Below, one piece after another: positions 28,781-38,139 of a stretch of DNA of 64,000 nucleotides. The stretch comes from an uncultured Collinsella sp. (GTDB taxonomy: Bacteria > Actinomycetota > Coriobacteriia > Coriobacteriales > Coriobacteriaceae), in assembly GCA_900545055.1 (NCBI GenBank), contig UQXP01000003.1, forward strand, positions 11,335 to 75,334, read 5' to 3'. The notes beneath the pieces are model-generated. The model did not search any database and was not told the origin of the DNA. It was given only the letters and a program-made list of their open reading frames with translations. The stretch's first letter is position 1, and the number at the start of each line of letters is the position of its first letter. Both the position numbers and the translations under genes were made by a program.

Positions 28781-30199
28781 ATGGCCCTCATCACTTCGTA
28801 CCACGTCCCCGGCCTTTACGTCGAGGACCACAGCATCGACGTCCCCCTTGACTGGCGCGGCCTGGAGCCGATGCTCCTGGCCGTCGGCAGCACCATGCGC
28901 CGCGGCGCTATGCCGGCGCCCATCGCCGGCGCGCCCGAGAGCATCAAGCTCTTCTACCGTGTGGTTTGCGCGCCCGACCGCATCAACGACGATCTGCCGC
29001 TGCTCCTGTTTTTGCAGGGCGGCCCCGGCGGCGAGAGCCCGCGTCCGCTGTCGCCCACGAGCGACGGCTGGATCGAGGAGGCCGTCAAGCACTTCCGCGT
29101 GGTCCTTCCCGACCAGCGCGGCACCGGACGCAGTAGCTGCGTGGACGGACGCACGATCAAGGCACTGGGTGATCGCGCAACGGCCGCCGGCGCCGATACA
29201 GCACGCTCGCAGGCGGACTTCCTCAAGCGTCACCTCGCCAGCTCCATCGTGCGCGATTTTGAGTACATGCGCCTGGTGGGCTTTGGCGGCAAGCCGTGGG
29301 TCACGCTCGGCCAAAGCTATGGCGGCTTTTTGACGCTGAGCTACCTGTCGCTCTTCCCCGAGGGCGTGGCGGCGAGCTTTACCTGCGGCGGAATCCCCCA
29401 CGTGCCGGCGAGCGTAAGCGAGGTCTACGCGCACACCTTCCCGCGCATGGTCGCCAAGACGCAGCAGTATTATGACCGCTACCCCGCTGACGTCGAGCGC
29501 GTGGCGGCCCTGGCCAATGCGCTCGAGGCTCAGAAGCCCGTGCTGCCCGACGGCTCGCCGATGACGGTCGAGCGCCTACAGCTCATGGGCAGCGACTTTG
29601 GCATGAAGCCGAGCTTTGAGCGCATGCATTGGATTATCGATCACGCTTTTGTTGATGGCGACGGCACGCTGACCTGCGACGCCTCGGTATCTGACAGCTT
29701 TTTGATGCGCGCCTTCGAGCGCACCAACACGCGCACGAATCCGCTGTACTGGACGCTGCAGGAGTTCATCTACGCCGACGGCGATACCATGCCCATTCGC
29801 TGGGCCGCGGCAGAAGAGAAGGCACACCGTGCCGAGTTCGACACGCTCGCGCGCCCGCTCATGTTTACCGGCGAGGCCATGTTCCCGTGGATGTTTGAGC
29901 AAATGCCCGAGCTTAAGCCGTTTAAACCCGCCATGGACCTGCTGATGGAAGACACCAGCTGGGACAAGATCTACGACCCGCAGCGCCTGGCCTGCAACGA
30001 GGTGCCGCTCCAGGCCGCGGTGTATTTCGACGACATGTACGTCGATTCGGGCCTGCAGCTTGATACGCTCAGCCGCGTGGGCAACTCGCATGCCTGGGTG
30101 ACCAACGAGTTCGAGCACGACGGCTTGCACGGCAGCGTGGTGTTCAAGCACCTCTTCGACGAAGCCCTCAACCGAGGAGACCTGCGCCGGATCTTCTAG
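28781..30199 (+). CDS. Proline iminopeptidase (alpha/beta hydrolase)
   Basis: LQGGPG, DQRGTGRS, nucleophile GQSYGG, DDMYVD and NEFEHDGL motifs. Confidence 0.88.
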   Translation: MALITSYHVPGLYVEDHSIDVPLDWRGLEPMLLAVGSTMRRGAMPAPIAGAPESIKLFYRVVCAPDRINDDLPLLLFLQGGPGGESPRPLSPTSDGWIEEAVKHFRVVLPDQRGTGRSSCVDGRTIKALGDRATAAGADTARSQADFLKRHLASSIVRDFEYMRLVGFGGKPWVTLGQSYGGFLTLSYLSLFPEGVAASFTCGGIPHVPASVSEVYAHTFPRMVAKTQQYYDRYPADVERVAALANALEAQKPVLPDGSPMTVERLQLMGSDFGMKPSFERMHWIIDHAFVDGDGTLTCDASVSDSFLMRAFERTNTRTNPLYWTLQEFIYADGDTMPIRWAAAEEKAHRAEFDTLARPLMFTGEAMFPWMFEQMPELKPFKPAMDLLMEDTSWDKIYDPQRLACNEVPLQAAVYFDDMYVDSGLQLDTLSRVGNSHAWVTNEFEHDGLHGSVVFKHLFDEALNRGDLRRIF

Positions 30200-30200
30200 C

Positions 30201-30253
30201 AAAGGAGTGTCCCCACCTGCCGGCACAAATGGAACGTCCCCAGGTGCCGGCAC
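30201..30253. repeat. Family C repeat cluster (GGAACGTCCCC/GGAGTGTCCCC with TGCCGGCA arms)
   Basis: AAGGAGTGTCCCCACCTGCCGGCACAAATGGAACGTCCCCAGGTGCCGGCAC; related clusters at 42894-43004 and 63444-63505. Confidence 0.85.
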
Positions 30254-30254
30254 G

Positions 30255-30300
30255 AGAAAGACAGCGCTGCGGGAAACGATCCGCAGCGCTGTCTTTCTTT
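30255..30300. terminator. Bidirectional terminator
   Basis: AGAAAGACAGCGCTGCGG...CCGCAGCGCTGTCTTTCT between convergent genes. Confidence 0.85.
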
Positions 30301-31426
30301 ATGCAAATACAATCAAGTTATCCCTGTGTATCGCCGGCTTCTCGGCCAGGTTAGCGAGCAGGCGGTTGCTGGCAATCTGGTCCTGGCGGCGACCGGCAGC
30401 AAGCTCCAGCACGTCCGAATCGGCTTCGGCGATACCGCGGGCGACAACCATACCGCTCGGATCGCACACATCGAGCACATCGCCCTCGGCAAACTGGCCA
30501 TCGACCTCGCGAATACCCACCGCAAGCAGGGAAGAGCCACGGCTGACCAGCGCCTTCGCAGCACCATCATCGACCGTCACCGAGCCATGCGCCTTGTCGC
30601 CCAGCGCGATCCACAGCTTGCGGGGTGCGATGTCCAGACGCTCCGCCGGCGGATCGAACAGCGTGCCCACGCTCTCGCCGCGGGCGAGACGCACGAGCGC
30701 ATCGGGCTCCTCGCCCGAGCAAATCACGCTCTGAATGCCCGCCGTCATCAGGATGCGGCTCGCGCGGATCTTGGTAATCATGCCGCCCGTTCCCACCGAT
30801 GTGGAAGAATCGCCCGCCGAGGCAATAATCTTGGCATCGATCTTATGCACGACCGGGACGAACTCGGCCGTGGGGTCCTCATGCGGATTGGCAGTATAGA
30901 GACCATCGATGTCCGAGAGTGTCACGCACAGATCGGCAGAAACCAGGCAGCTCACAAGCGCCGCCAGTGTGTCGTTGTCGCCAAACTTGATCTCATCGAC
31001 GGTAACGGTGTCGTTCTCGTTGACGACCGGCACCACGCCCAGCTCCACCAGACGCAGCAGGGCGTCGCGCGCGTGCAGGTAGGACGTGCGACGGGCCGTG
31101 TCGTGGCGCGTGAGCAGTACGAGCGAGGTGAGCAGGTCGCGCGCATGAAACTCCTCGTCGTAGGCCGACGAGATGATGCACTGACCGGCCGAGGCGCAGG
31201 CCTGCAGGCTCGGAAGGTCGCCGACCGGCTTGCGGTCGAAGCCCAACACGGGATAGCCACAGGCGATAGCGCCCGAGCTCACCACGACCAGACGCCAGCC
31301 GAGCTTGCGCAGCGCTGCAGCCTGATCGGCAAGTCCGCCGATAAAGGCGCGGTTGACCTTGCCATCGGCACCCACCACCGTGGATGAACCGATCTTTACC
31401 ACCATCGTTTTATAAGAAGTCGTCAT
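30299..31426 (-). CDS. proB: Glutamate 5-kinase
   Basis: VVKIGSS, VSSGAIA, NENDTV, FGDNDTL and GTGGMITK motifs; C-terminal PUA domain. Confidence 0.97.
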   Translation of the reverse strand: MTTSYKTMVVKIGSSTVVGADGKVNRAFIGGLADQAAALRKLGWRLVVVSSGAIACGYPVLGFDRKPVGDLPSLQACASAGQCIISSAYDEEFHARDLLTSLVLLTRHDTARRTSYLHARDALLRLVELGVVPVVNENDTVTVDEIKFGDNDTLAALVSCLVSADLCVTLSDIDGLYTANPHEDPTAEFVPVVHKIDAKIIASAGDSSTSVGTGGMITKIRASRILMTAGIQSVICSGEEPDALVRLARGESVGTLFDPPAERLDIAPRKLWIALGDKAHGSVTVDDGAAKALVSRGSSLLAVGIREVDGQFAEGDVLDVCDPSGMVVARGIAEADSDVLELAAGRRQDQIASNRLLANLAEKPAIHRDNLIVFA

Positions 31427-31505
31427 ACGTCAAACCAATCAACTGTTCAGCGAACGGCCGAGCTGGCGGCCAAAGGAGCGTGACTCGCCCCTACCGCCCA
31501 AGGAA

Positions 31506-33011
31506 TTAGTGAGCCCAGGGAAAGGCAGAAGCCGCGGCCATGTTCTTGCGCACGAGCTCGTCGCGCACCTGAGCCAGGCCCTGCTCCATGCCCACCACAT
31601 AGGTCTGCGGGTACAGGAAGCGCTTGAAAGCTGCGTCCAGATGATCGAGCGCCCAAGCACAGCGCTCGCGCGCGTCCTGGATGCTCTCACGCGGAGCCAC
31701 CGCACTGCCATCGCGCACGATTGGCACCAGCAGCTCGCGATACTCAAGTTCGGACACGTCGGTCACCAGGGCAGCATCATTCACGGCCACGAGAGTATTG
31801 CCGCGCGCGGAGCCCTCCCCCGCCAAATGGTCCTCGTCGTAGATCATGTCGCAGACCGGGCCGCCAAAGCCGTCGTAATAACGGCGCACGCGTTGCACAC
31901 CCGGGATCGTGCGCTTGTAGGGCTGCTCGGAGAGCTTGACCACCGGCGTCCATGGATCTGCCTCGCTCGCACGGCGGGCGGAAAGCTTGTACACGCCGCC
32001 CAGCGCCGGCTGGTCATAGCAGGTCGCAAGCTTGGTACCCACGCCAAAGCTGTCGATGGGCGCGCCCTGGTCGAGCAGTGACTGAATCGTGTACTCATCC
32101 AGATCGTTAGAAACCGAGATCCCCACATAGGGCAGGCCCTCGGCATCAAAACGGCCACGAACATACTTGGAGAGCTTGGCGAGGTCGCCCGAGTCAATGC
32201 GAATAGCCGACAGACGCTCGCCCACCGCCTCCATCTCCTTGGCAACCGTAATGGCATGCTCGCAGCCCTCGCGCACGTCATAGGTGTCGATGAGCAGCGT
32301 ACAGTTCTTGGGACTCGACTTAGCAAAAGCCCGGAATGCCTCGAGCTCGGAGTCGAAGCTCATCACCCAGCTGTGCGCATGCGTGCCAAAGACGGGAATA
32401 CCGTAGCGGCGACCGGCGAGCACATTGGACGTAGAGGAGCAGCCGGCAACGTAGCTCGCGCGCGCGACGGCCAGCCCGCCATCGGGACCCTGGGCGCGGC
32501 GCAGGCCAAACTCGGCAACGGGACGGCCGTCCGCCGCCAGCACAACGCGCGCCGTCTTGGTGGCGACAAGCGTCTGGAAGCCAACGATGTTGAGCAGCGC
32601 GGTCTCGAGCAGCTGGCACTCCAGCGCGGGGCCGGTGACGCGAACCATGGGCTCGCGCGGAAAGACGAGCTCGCCCTCGGGAACGGCGTCGATGTTTACA
32701 TGCGCACGAAAATCGCGCAGGTAGTCGAGGAATGCAGGCTTGAACATCGCGCCGCCGGCCGGGGCCTGGAGCGAAGCTAGATAGTCGATGTCCTCGGGTG
32801 TAAAGCGCAGATTCTCGACCAGCTCGGGCAGCTCGGCGGTGCCGCACATGACGGCATACGCGCTGCCAAAGGGATGGTCGCGGTAAAACGCCGTAAAACA
32901 ACCCTGCTCATTGGCCTTGTCGTTCTCCCACAGGCCCTGGGCCATAGTGAGCTCGTACAGATCGGTGAGCATTGCGATGTCGGTGGGATGAGAGATATCG
33001 GTCAAAGCCAT
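31506..33011 (-). CDS. pncB: Nicotinate phosphoribosyltransferase
   Basis: TDLYELTM, EFGLRRAQ, GTHAHSW, IRIDSGDL and GGVYKL motifs. Confidence 0.95.
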   Translation of the reverse strand: MALTDISHPTDIAMLTDLYELTMAQGLWENDKANEQGCFTAFYRDHPFGSAYAVMCGTAELPELVENLRFTPEDIDYLASLQAPAGGAMFKPAFLDYLRDFRAHVNIDAVPEGELVFPREPMVRVTGPALECQLLETALLNIVGFQTLVATKTARVVLAADGRPVAEFGLRRAQGPDGGLAVARASYVAGCSSTSNVLAGRRYGIPVFGTHAHSWVMSFDSELEAFRAFAKSSPKNCTLLIDTYDVREGCEHAITVAKEMEAVGERLSAIRIDSGDLAKLSKYVRGRFDAEGLPYVGISVSNDLDEYTIQSLLDQGAPIDSFGVGTKLATCYDQPALGGVYKLSARRASEADPWTPVVKLSEQPYKRTIPGVQRVRRYYDGFGGPVCDMIYDEDHLAGEGSARGNTLVAVNDAALVTDVSELEYRELLVPIVRDGSAVAPRESIQDARERCAWALDHLDAAFKRFLYPQTYVVGMEQGLAQVRDELVRKNMAAASAFPWAH

Positions 33012-33095
33012 GGAGCGACCTTTCGGATGCGTTGTGCAGAGGTTGAGGGTTGGAGAAGGGCAGAGTGTTCGGGCATGGCACCCGGCGCGAATCGG

Positions 33096-33503
33096 TTAGA
33101 GCAGGCCCATGCTGGTCAGGATCGTGTAGCCCATAAAGATGACAAACGCGATGAGGGCAAGGACAATGATGATTTTTTGAGCCGGCGCCATGCCAGGGAT
33201 CTCGTTCTCGCCCGTAGGCTCCTTGGAGGTAACCATGCGCTGGGCAAAGCTCATCTCGTCACGGCTCGGTTTGGGCTCGACGGGCTTGGGACGAGTGGCC
33301 CTTTTAGGCTGAGGTTTGGGTGCGGTGGGCGCGGGCTTCGCGGCGGCCTCCTCGGCCTTCGCACGCTCGGCACGCAGGGCGGCCAGCTCCTCACGCTCGC
33401 GGCGTGCCTCTTCCTGGGCCTCGCGACGAGCTTTCTCGGCGCGGAGCTCTTCCAACTCGGCGCGTTCCTCGGCAGACAGTGGTTGGGACTCAAGCTCGGC
33501 CAT
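33096..33503 (-). CDS. Hypothetical protein (coiled coil plus C-terminal TM helix)
   Basis: E/R/A-rich helix, Pro-rich linker and hydrophobic C-terminus; SD-like AAAGGG. Confidence 0.7.
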   Translation of the reverse strand: MAELESQPLSAEERAELEELRAEKARREAQEEARREREELAALRAERAKAEEAAAKPAPTAPKPQPKRATRPKPVEPKPSRDEMSFAQRMVTSKEPTGENEIPGMAPAQKIIIVLALIAFVIFMGYTILTSMGLL

Positions 33504-33567
33504 GGTACAGCCCTTTCTTTTAAAAAAAGCCGCCGACACAATGTCAGCGGCTTATCAAATCCAAGGG

Positions 33568-33640
33568 TGGAGACGAAGGGAGTCGAACCCTCGGCCTCTG
33601 CCATGCGACGGCAGCGCTCTCCCAACTGAGCTACGTCCCC
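33568..33640 (-). tRNA. tRNA-Ala(CGC), CCA not encoded
   Basis: GGGGACGTAGCTCAGTTGGGAGAGCG-CTGCC-GTCGCAT-GGCAG...GTCTCCA; G3:U70 pair; followed by CCC and then a terminator (33522-33553). Confidence 0.93.
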
Positions 33641-33693
33641 AGGACAAGTCGATATTTTACCTACGGCTCGCCAACTGTCAACGCCCAATAACC

Positions 33694-33870
33694 AGTCTTT
33701 TTGGGACGGGGCTATTTTAACTACTTTCAGATGCCGGCTCGACCCCTGCCGAGAGTAGTCTTTTTGGGACGGGGCTTTTTAGCTGCTCCTGCCGTTAATC
33801 GGCCAAAACGTGCGCGCTCTCTGCTGGGGTAGCTAAAAAAGCCCCGTCCCAAAAAGACTACTCAGCAGAG
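33694..33870. repeat. Family B repeat cluster (three GAGTAGTCTTTTTGGGACGGGGCTTTTTAGCTAC-like units)
   Basis: Copies at 33694-33725 and 33753-33788 (direct) and 33827-33863 (inverted). Confidence 0.9.
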
Positions 33871-34809
33871 CTACTTTGCGCTGGTGAGGACGCCGGTGGT
33901 GTCGAAGGCCGGGGTGAAGCTCTCGTCTACCGCGCCGCCCTCTTGCCAGAACATCGTCGTAAAGCCCAAGTCGTCGGCATGGTCGAGCACCTGCTCGTAC
34001 TCCTCGCGCGTCACAGCGCGCGCCAGGTCGCCGCCCTGTTCGCGCATGAGGGCATTAGGCGTGTATTGGTTCATGACCGAGATCGGCACGTCGCCCACCG
34101 TCTGCCACACCAGGTCCAACACGCGGCACGAGTCGTCAGCATGCCCCGGCAGCACCAGGTGGCGCACGATGATGCCGCGCTTCATGAGCCCGTCGTCATC
34201 CACCAACTCTCCCCCGCGGCGATCGATCTCGCGCGCCATCTGGGCCAGACCCGACACGGCCACGCGCGGGTAGTCCTTAATATGAGAAAGCGACTGCGCA
34301 AGCCCGGCATCGGCATATTTAAAGTCGGTGAGCCACACATCGACCAGGTCGCCCAGCGCCGCCACGGCACTCGCGCGCTCGTAACCACTCGTGTTGTAGA
34401 CGATCGGAATGACCAGTCCGCGCATCCGTGCCGCGGCAATCGCGGCCGGCAGCAGGTGCGCGTAGTGTGTCGCCGTCACTAGGTTAATATTGTTCGCACC
34501 CTGGTCCTGCAGTTCCAGCATAATCTCGACCAGGCGCTCAGGCGAAATCTCAAGGCCAAAATTGCCGGTCGAGATCTCGTGGTTCTGGCAGTAGATACAT
34601 TTAAGCGAACAGCCGCTAAAGAAGATCGTGCCCGAACCGGCCTCGCCCGAGATAGGCGGCTCCTCCCACATATGAAGCGCGGCGCGGGCCACCTTGAGCG
34701 TGTCGTTAGCACCGCATACGCCGCGCGCGCCCTCATCGCGCGCCGCACCGCAACGGCGCGGACACAAATGGCAGGCGGGCGAAAAAAGTTCGGTCAACGA
34801 CGTCGGCAT
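33871..34809 (-). CDS. Radical SAM protein (PflX-like)
   Basis: CHLCPRRC, WEEPPISG, CSLKCIYCQN (CX3CX2C) and VRHLVLPG motifs; start uncertain (34809 or 34824). Confidence 0.88.
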   Translation of the reverse strand: MPTSLTELFSPACHLCPRRCGAARDEGARGVCGANDTLKVARAALHMWEEPPISGEAGSGTIFFSGCSLKCIYCQNHEISTGNFGLEISPERLVEIMLELQDQGANNINLVTATHYAHLLPAAIAAARMRGLVIPIVYNTSGYERASAVAALGDLVDVWLTDFKYADAGLAQSLSHIKDYPRVAVSGLAQMAREIDRRGGELVDDDGLMKRGIIVRHLVLPGHADDSCRVLDLVWQTVGDVPISVMNQYTPNALMREQGGDLARAVTREEYEQVLDHADDLGFTTMFWQEGGAVDESFTPAFDTTGVLTSAK

Positions 34810-34960
34810 AAAAACATGCTCCAAAACAACGATTCAGCAGCTCAAACGTAAAGGGCCAGACCGCGTAGACGGCTCCGTCCCTAAGGCGCCGTAATCGTCC
34901 GACACGATTTTTGTAATGTCAAGACTGGAATCGACAAAGTGCCGCTTTATGATGTAGGTA

Positions 34961-35125
34961 TTCCGCCCCCCGCGGAGCAACTGGGTGAACCGTCGCGTTT
35001 ATTTAGGGAGCCCACACAGTCGTACCTAGTACAGGTATCCTTCGTTGTTAAGGACGCTGGAACAGTCGATGAGGGCACCCACCTGTTTTAGGTGGGTTCA
35101 TTTTCGTAACGTGGGGGGTGGTTTT
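34961..35125 (+). ncRNA. ssrS: 6S RNA (SsrS-like)
   Basis: Terminal stem CCGCCCCCCGCG/CGTGGGGGGTGG; 5' TGAACC and GGGAGC; 3' GGCACCCACCTG...GGTGGGTTCA resembling Firmicutes-type 6S RNAs; -10 TATGAT at 34948; T-tract end. Confidence 0.8.
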
Positions 35126-35335
35126 CTTTTGCCGAAAATCACCATTACAGTCCATATGGATTCCCGCCGGCATCCCGACAAGCCATCGACAACATCCCAA
35201 TATCTGGTAAGCGCGTGATTATCGCTGCGTGCAATTACATGCACCCCCCTTGGTCGAGTATTATGGTTCGGCTATGCCCTTTGCGCATGGCGTTCTTCTG
35301 ACCTTTTCCTTCGACGCTTGGCGGTTTTTAGATTC

Positions 35336-36535
35336 ATGGCTTCATCCCCGAGCTACATACCGTACCTATGCGTGGCAGCGGCGGCCTTTATCACGACCTT
35401 CCTCGCGGTGCCCCTGGTCAAGCGCTTGGCAATTAAGCTCGATGCCGTCGACTATCCTTCTAAGCGCCGCATCAACACCAAGCCCATCCCGCGTTTGGGC
35501 GGAACAGCGGTGTTTTTGGGCCTGGTCGTTGCCTGCATTGTGCAAATCCTAGGCACCTGGCACCTAGGCTGGCCGCCCGTCCTGGTGCCTCACCCGCGCC
35601 TTCACATTAGCTATCCCATGCTGGCGCTCTCCTTTACCGTCATCTTTGCGACCGGCGCTATCGACGACGTCTTCCAGCTCAAGCCCAAGCAAAAGCTGGC
35701 CGGACAGGTCCTCGCCGCGCTCATCGCCTGTATCGGCGGCCTGCGCATCGGCGTTATCGTCAACCCGTTTGCCCCCGGCGAGATCATGCTCGGATGGCTC
35801 GCCTACCCCATCACCGTGATCTATCTGGTGGCATTCACCAACATCATTAACCTCATCGACGGCCTCGACGGCTTGGCCACGGGCATCTGCGGCATCGCGT
35901 CGTTCACCATGTTTTCGATGGCCGTTCTCTCGGGCCGCATCGACGCCGCCGCGCTCTCCATTGCGCTCTTTGGCGCCTGTCTGGCCTTTTTGCGCTACAA
36001 CTTCAACCCCGCAAGCATCTTCTTGGGCGACTCGGGGTCGTTGCTTCTGGGCTTTGCACTGGGCTCCATCTCGCTGCTCAACGTGAGCCGCACCGCCGCG
36101 CTCACCTCGCTTATCATCCCGCTCATCGTTGCCGGCGTGCCCATCATCGACACGTTTAGCGCCATCGTGCGCCGCAGGCGCGCCCACATTAGCATTGGGC
36201 AGGCCGACAAGGGCCACATCCACCACCGCCTGATCCAAGAAGGCTACAACCAAAAACAGGCCGTGCTGCTCATCTATGCCTGGTGCATCATGCTTTCGGC
36301 CGGCGCCGCCGCGATTAACCAGGTCGAGGTGCCCATGCGCGTGCTCATCTTTACCGTGCTCGCCATTGGCTCGGCGGCCTTTGCCAAGCATCTTCATCTG
36401 TTTGAGCCCGTGCTGCGCCACCATTACAACAAGCGCACGCACGAGGACGAGCTCGTCACCCCCGACGACCCCGCCTTTAAGCAGGAGGAGCAGGCAGCCG
36501 AGGAGCGCAAAGAAGAGCACCACCACAAGCTCTAG
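35336..36535 (+). CDS. Undecaprenyl-phosphate GlcNAc-1-phosphate transferase (WecA/TagO, MraY family)
   Basis: PRLGG, GAIDD, NLIDGLDGL, FLGDSGS and DKGHIHH motifs; multiple TM segments. Confidence 0.92.
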   Translation: MASSPSYIPYLCVAAAAFITTFLAVPLVKRLAIKLDAVDYPSKRRINTKPIPRLGGTAVFLGLVVACIVQILGTWHLGWPPVLVPHPRLHISYPMLALSFTVIFATGAIDDVFQLKPKQKLAGQVLAALIACIGGLRIGVIVNPFAPGEIMLGWLAYPITVIYLVAFTNIINLIDGLDGLATGICGIASFTMFSMAVLSGRIDAAALSIALFGACLAFLRYNFNPASIFLGDSGSLLLGFALGSISLLNVSRTAALTSLIIPLIVAGVPIIDTFSAIVRRRRAHISIGQADKGHIHHRLIQEGYNQKQAVLLIYAWCIMLSAGAAAINQVEVPMRVLIFTVLAIGSAAFAKHLHLFEPVLRHHYNKRTHEDELVTPDDPAFKQEEQAAEERKEEHHHKL

Positions 36536-36705
36536 GGCAAGTTGCCGAGGATGTGCCAAGGCACCGTTAGCCAAGCGCGGCTGCGCCGCACCCATCGCAC
36601 ATGCCGCACCACGCGCGTCCCTCTCCCGCCCCTCGCCTACTTACGCACCGCCCCTCCAATAAACGCGTTATCATCTTGACCCATGAACATACGTTAGGAG
36701 CAATC

Positions 36706-37755
36706 ATGCCAAACGAGAACAGCTACGAAGTCGCGCTGCAAAAGAGCAACGCCATTCGCGAGGGCCTGACCAAAACGCCCGAGAAGTTCACCATGCTCAC
36801 CGGCGACCGCCCCACCGGCCGTCTGCACCTGGGCCACTACTTCGGTACCCTCAAGGGCCGTGTTGAGCTGCAGAACATGGGCGCCAAGACCAACGTGCTC
36901 ATCGCCGACTACCAGGTCATCACTGACCGCGACACGACCGAGCACATCCAGGACAACGTGTACAACATGGTCATGGACTACCTTGCCTGCGGTATCGACC
37001 CCGACAAGACCATGATCTACGCGCACTCCGCCGTGCCTGCCGCCAACCAGCTCATGCTGCCGTTCCTGTCGCTGGTGTCCGAGGCCGAGCTGGCGCGCAA
37101 CCCCACGGTCAAGGCCGAGATGGAGGCCTCGGGCCATGAGCTTACCGGCCTTCTGCTCACCTACCCGGTGCATCAGGCCTGCGACATCCTGTTCTGCAAG
37201 GGCAATGTGGTGCCCGTCGGTCGCGACCAGCTGCCGCACATCGAGCTCACCCGCACCATCGCCCGCCGCTTTAACAACCGCTACGGCAAGGTGTTCCCCG
37301 AGGTCGATGCACTGCTGTCCGAGACCCCGCTGCTGCCCGGCCTGGACGGCCGCAAGATGAGCAAGAGCTACGGCAACGCCATCAACATCTCGATGACCGC
37401 TGAGGAGACGGCCAAGCGCATCAAGAAGAGCCAGACCGACTCTGAGCGCATGATCACGTTCGATCCCGAGAACCGCCCCGGCGTGTCCGGTTTGCTTTCG
37501 ACGGCCGCCATCTGCACCGGTCGCTCCGAGGTCGAAATTGCCGAGGAGATTGGCATGGGCGGCTCCGGCCAGCTCAAGAAGTACGTGACCGAGGCCGTCA
37601 ACGAGTACTTCGCACCGATCCGCGAGCGTCGCCAGCGCTACGAGAACGATCTGGACTATGTGAAGGACGTGCTGCACGAGGGCAACCGTCGCGCCAACGA
37701 GATTGCCGAGCAGACCCTGGCCGAGGTTCAGGACGCCATGGGCATGGTGTACTAG
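36706..37755 (+). CDS. trpS: Tryptophan--tRNA ligase
   Basis: TGDRPTGRLHLGH, VPVGRDQLPH and KMSKS motifs. Confidence 0.96.
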   Translation: MPNENSYEVALQKSNAIREGLTKTPEKFTMLTGDRPTGRLHLGHYFGTLKGRVELQNMGAKTNVLIADYQVITDRDTTEHIQDNVYNMVMDYLACGIDPDKTMIYAHSAVPAANQLMLPFLSLVSEAELARNPTVKAEMEASGHELTGLLLTYPVHQACDILFCKGNVVPVGRDQLPHIELTRTIARRFNNRYGKVFPEVDALLSETPLLPGLDGRKMSKSYGNAINISMTAEETAKRIKKSQTDSERMITFDPENRPGVSGLLSTAAICTGRSEVEIAEEIGMGGSGQLKKYVTEAVNEYFAPIRERRQRYENDLDYVKDVLHEGNRRANEIAEQTLAEVQDAMGMVY

Positions 37756-37790
37756 ATCGATCTGCTGGCTAGAACTTTCGATTGCTATAG

Positions 37791-37818
37791 GGCGGGCGCT
37801 ACGGCGTCCGCCTTTTTT
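37791..37818 (+). terminator. trpS terminator
   Basis: GGCGGGCG...CGTCCGCC followed by TTTTTT. Confidence 0.8.
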
Positions 37819-37859
37819 GGTGCCCGACCGGTTCGGCTCTGCCCATTGCACTCCCCCGA

Positions 37860-38000
37860 CAAACAGGAACAGGCCCGCTGGCAGTTAGTTGCCAGCGGGC
37901 CTGTTCCCGAAGTACACCGTTGAATCGCACAGAGGGGAGGAATGCGAATCAAACTCAACAGGGCAGGCTTTTTCATCGCCTATTGCCTGCTCCGTTGCTG
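37860..38000 (-). ncRNA. Candidate small RNA (three hairpins, C-rich loop)
   Basis: Lies between convergent genes, downstream of DtxR-type boxes; 18-bp perfect terminal hairpin at 37866-37907; loop TTCCTCCCCTCTG on the minus strand. Confidence 0.4.
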
Positions 38001-38008
38001 AAACCAAT

Positions 38009-38085
38009 ATAGTTCACCGTGGTTTACTTTGCTGCATCAATATCGCCCGCCATAGCTTCTCCATAAGTTAGCCCCAGTAAACTAA
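38009..38085. promoter_or_regulatory. Two DtxR/MntR-type 22-bp palindromic boxes
   Basis: ATAGTTCACCGTGGTTTACTTT (38009-38030) and TAAGTTAGCCCCAGTAAACTAA (38064-38085) resemble the boxes at 56996 and 63330-63423. Confidence 0.55.
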
Positions 38086-38122
38086 ACCACCACAAAGGGG
38101 ACAGGCACCTTTGTGGTGGTTT
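38084..38122 (+). repeat. Family A REP-like palindrome (copy 3)
   Basis: AAACCACCACAAAGGGGACAGGCACCTTTGTGGTGGTTT. Confidence 0.95.
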
Positions 38123-38139
38123 TCGCCACGGCAGAGCCG

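Noticed and set aside
37785..37976. 63-aa minus-strand ORF
   Set aside because: Weak SD, runs through two strong hairpins, and shows no protein features.
37965..37985. TAGGCGATGA...GCC (minus strand) resembling a fluoride riboswitch
   Set aside because: Lacks the pseudoknot partner, and there is no fluoride-related gene downstream.
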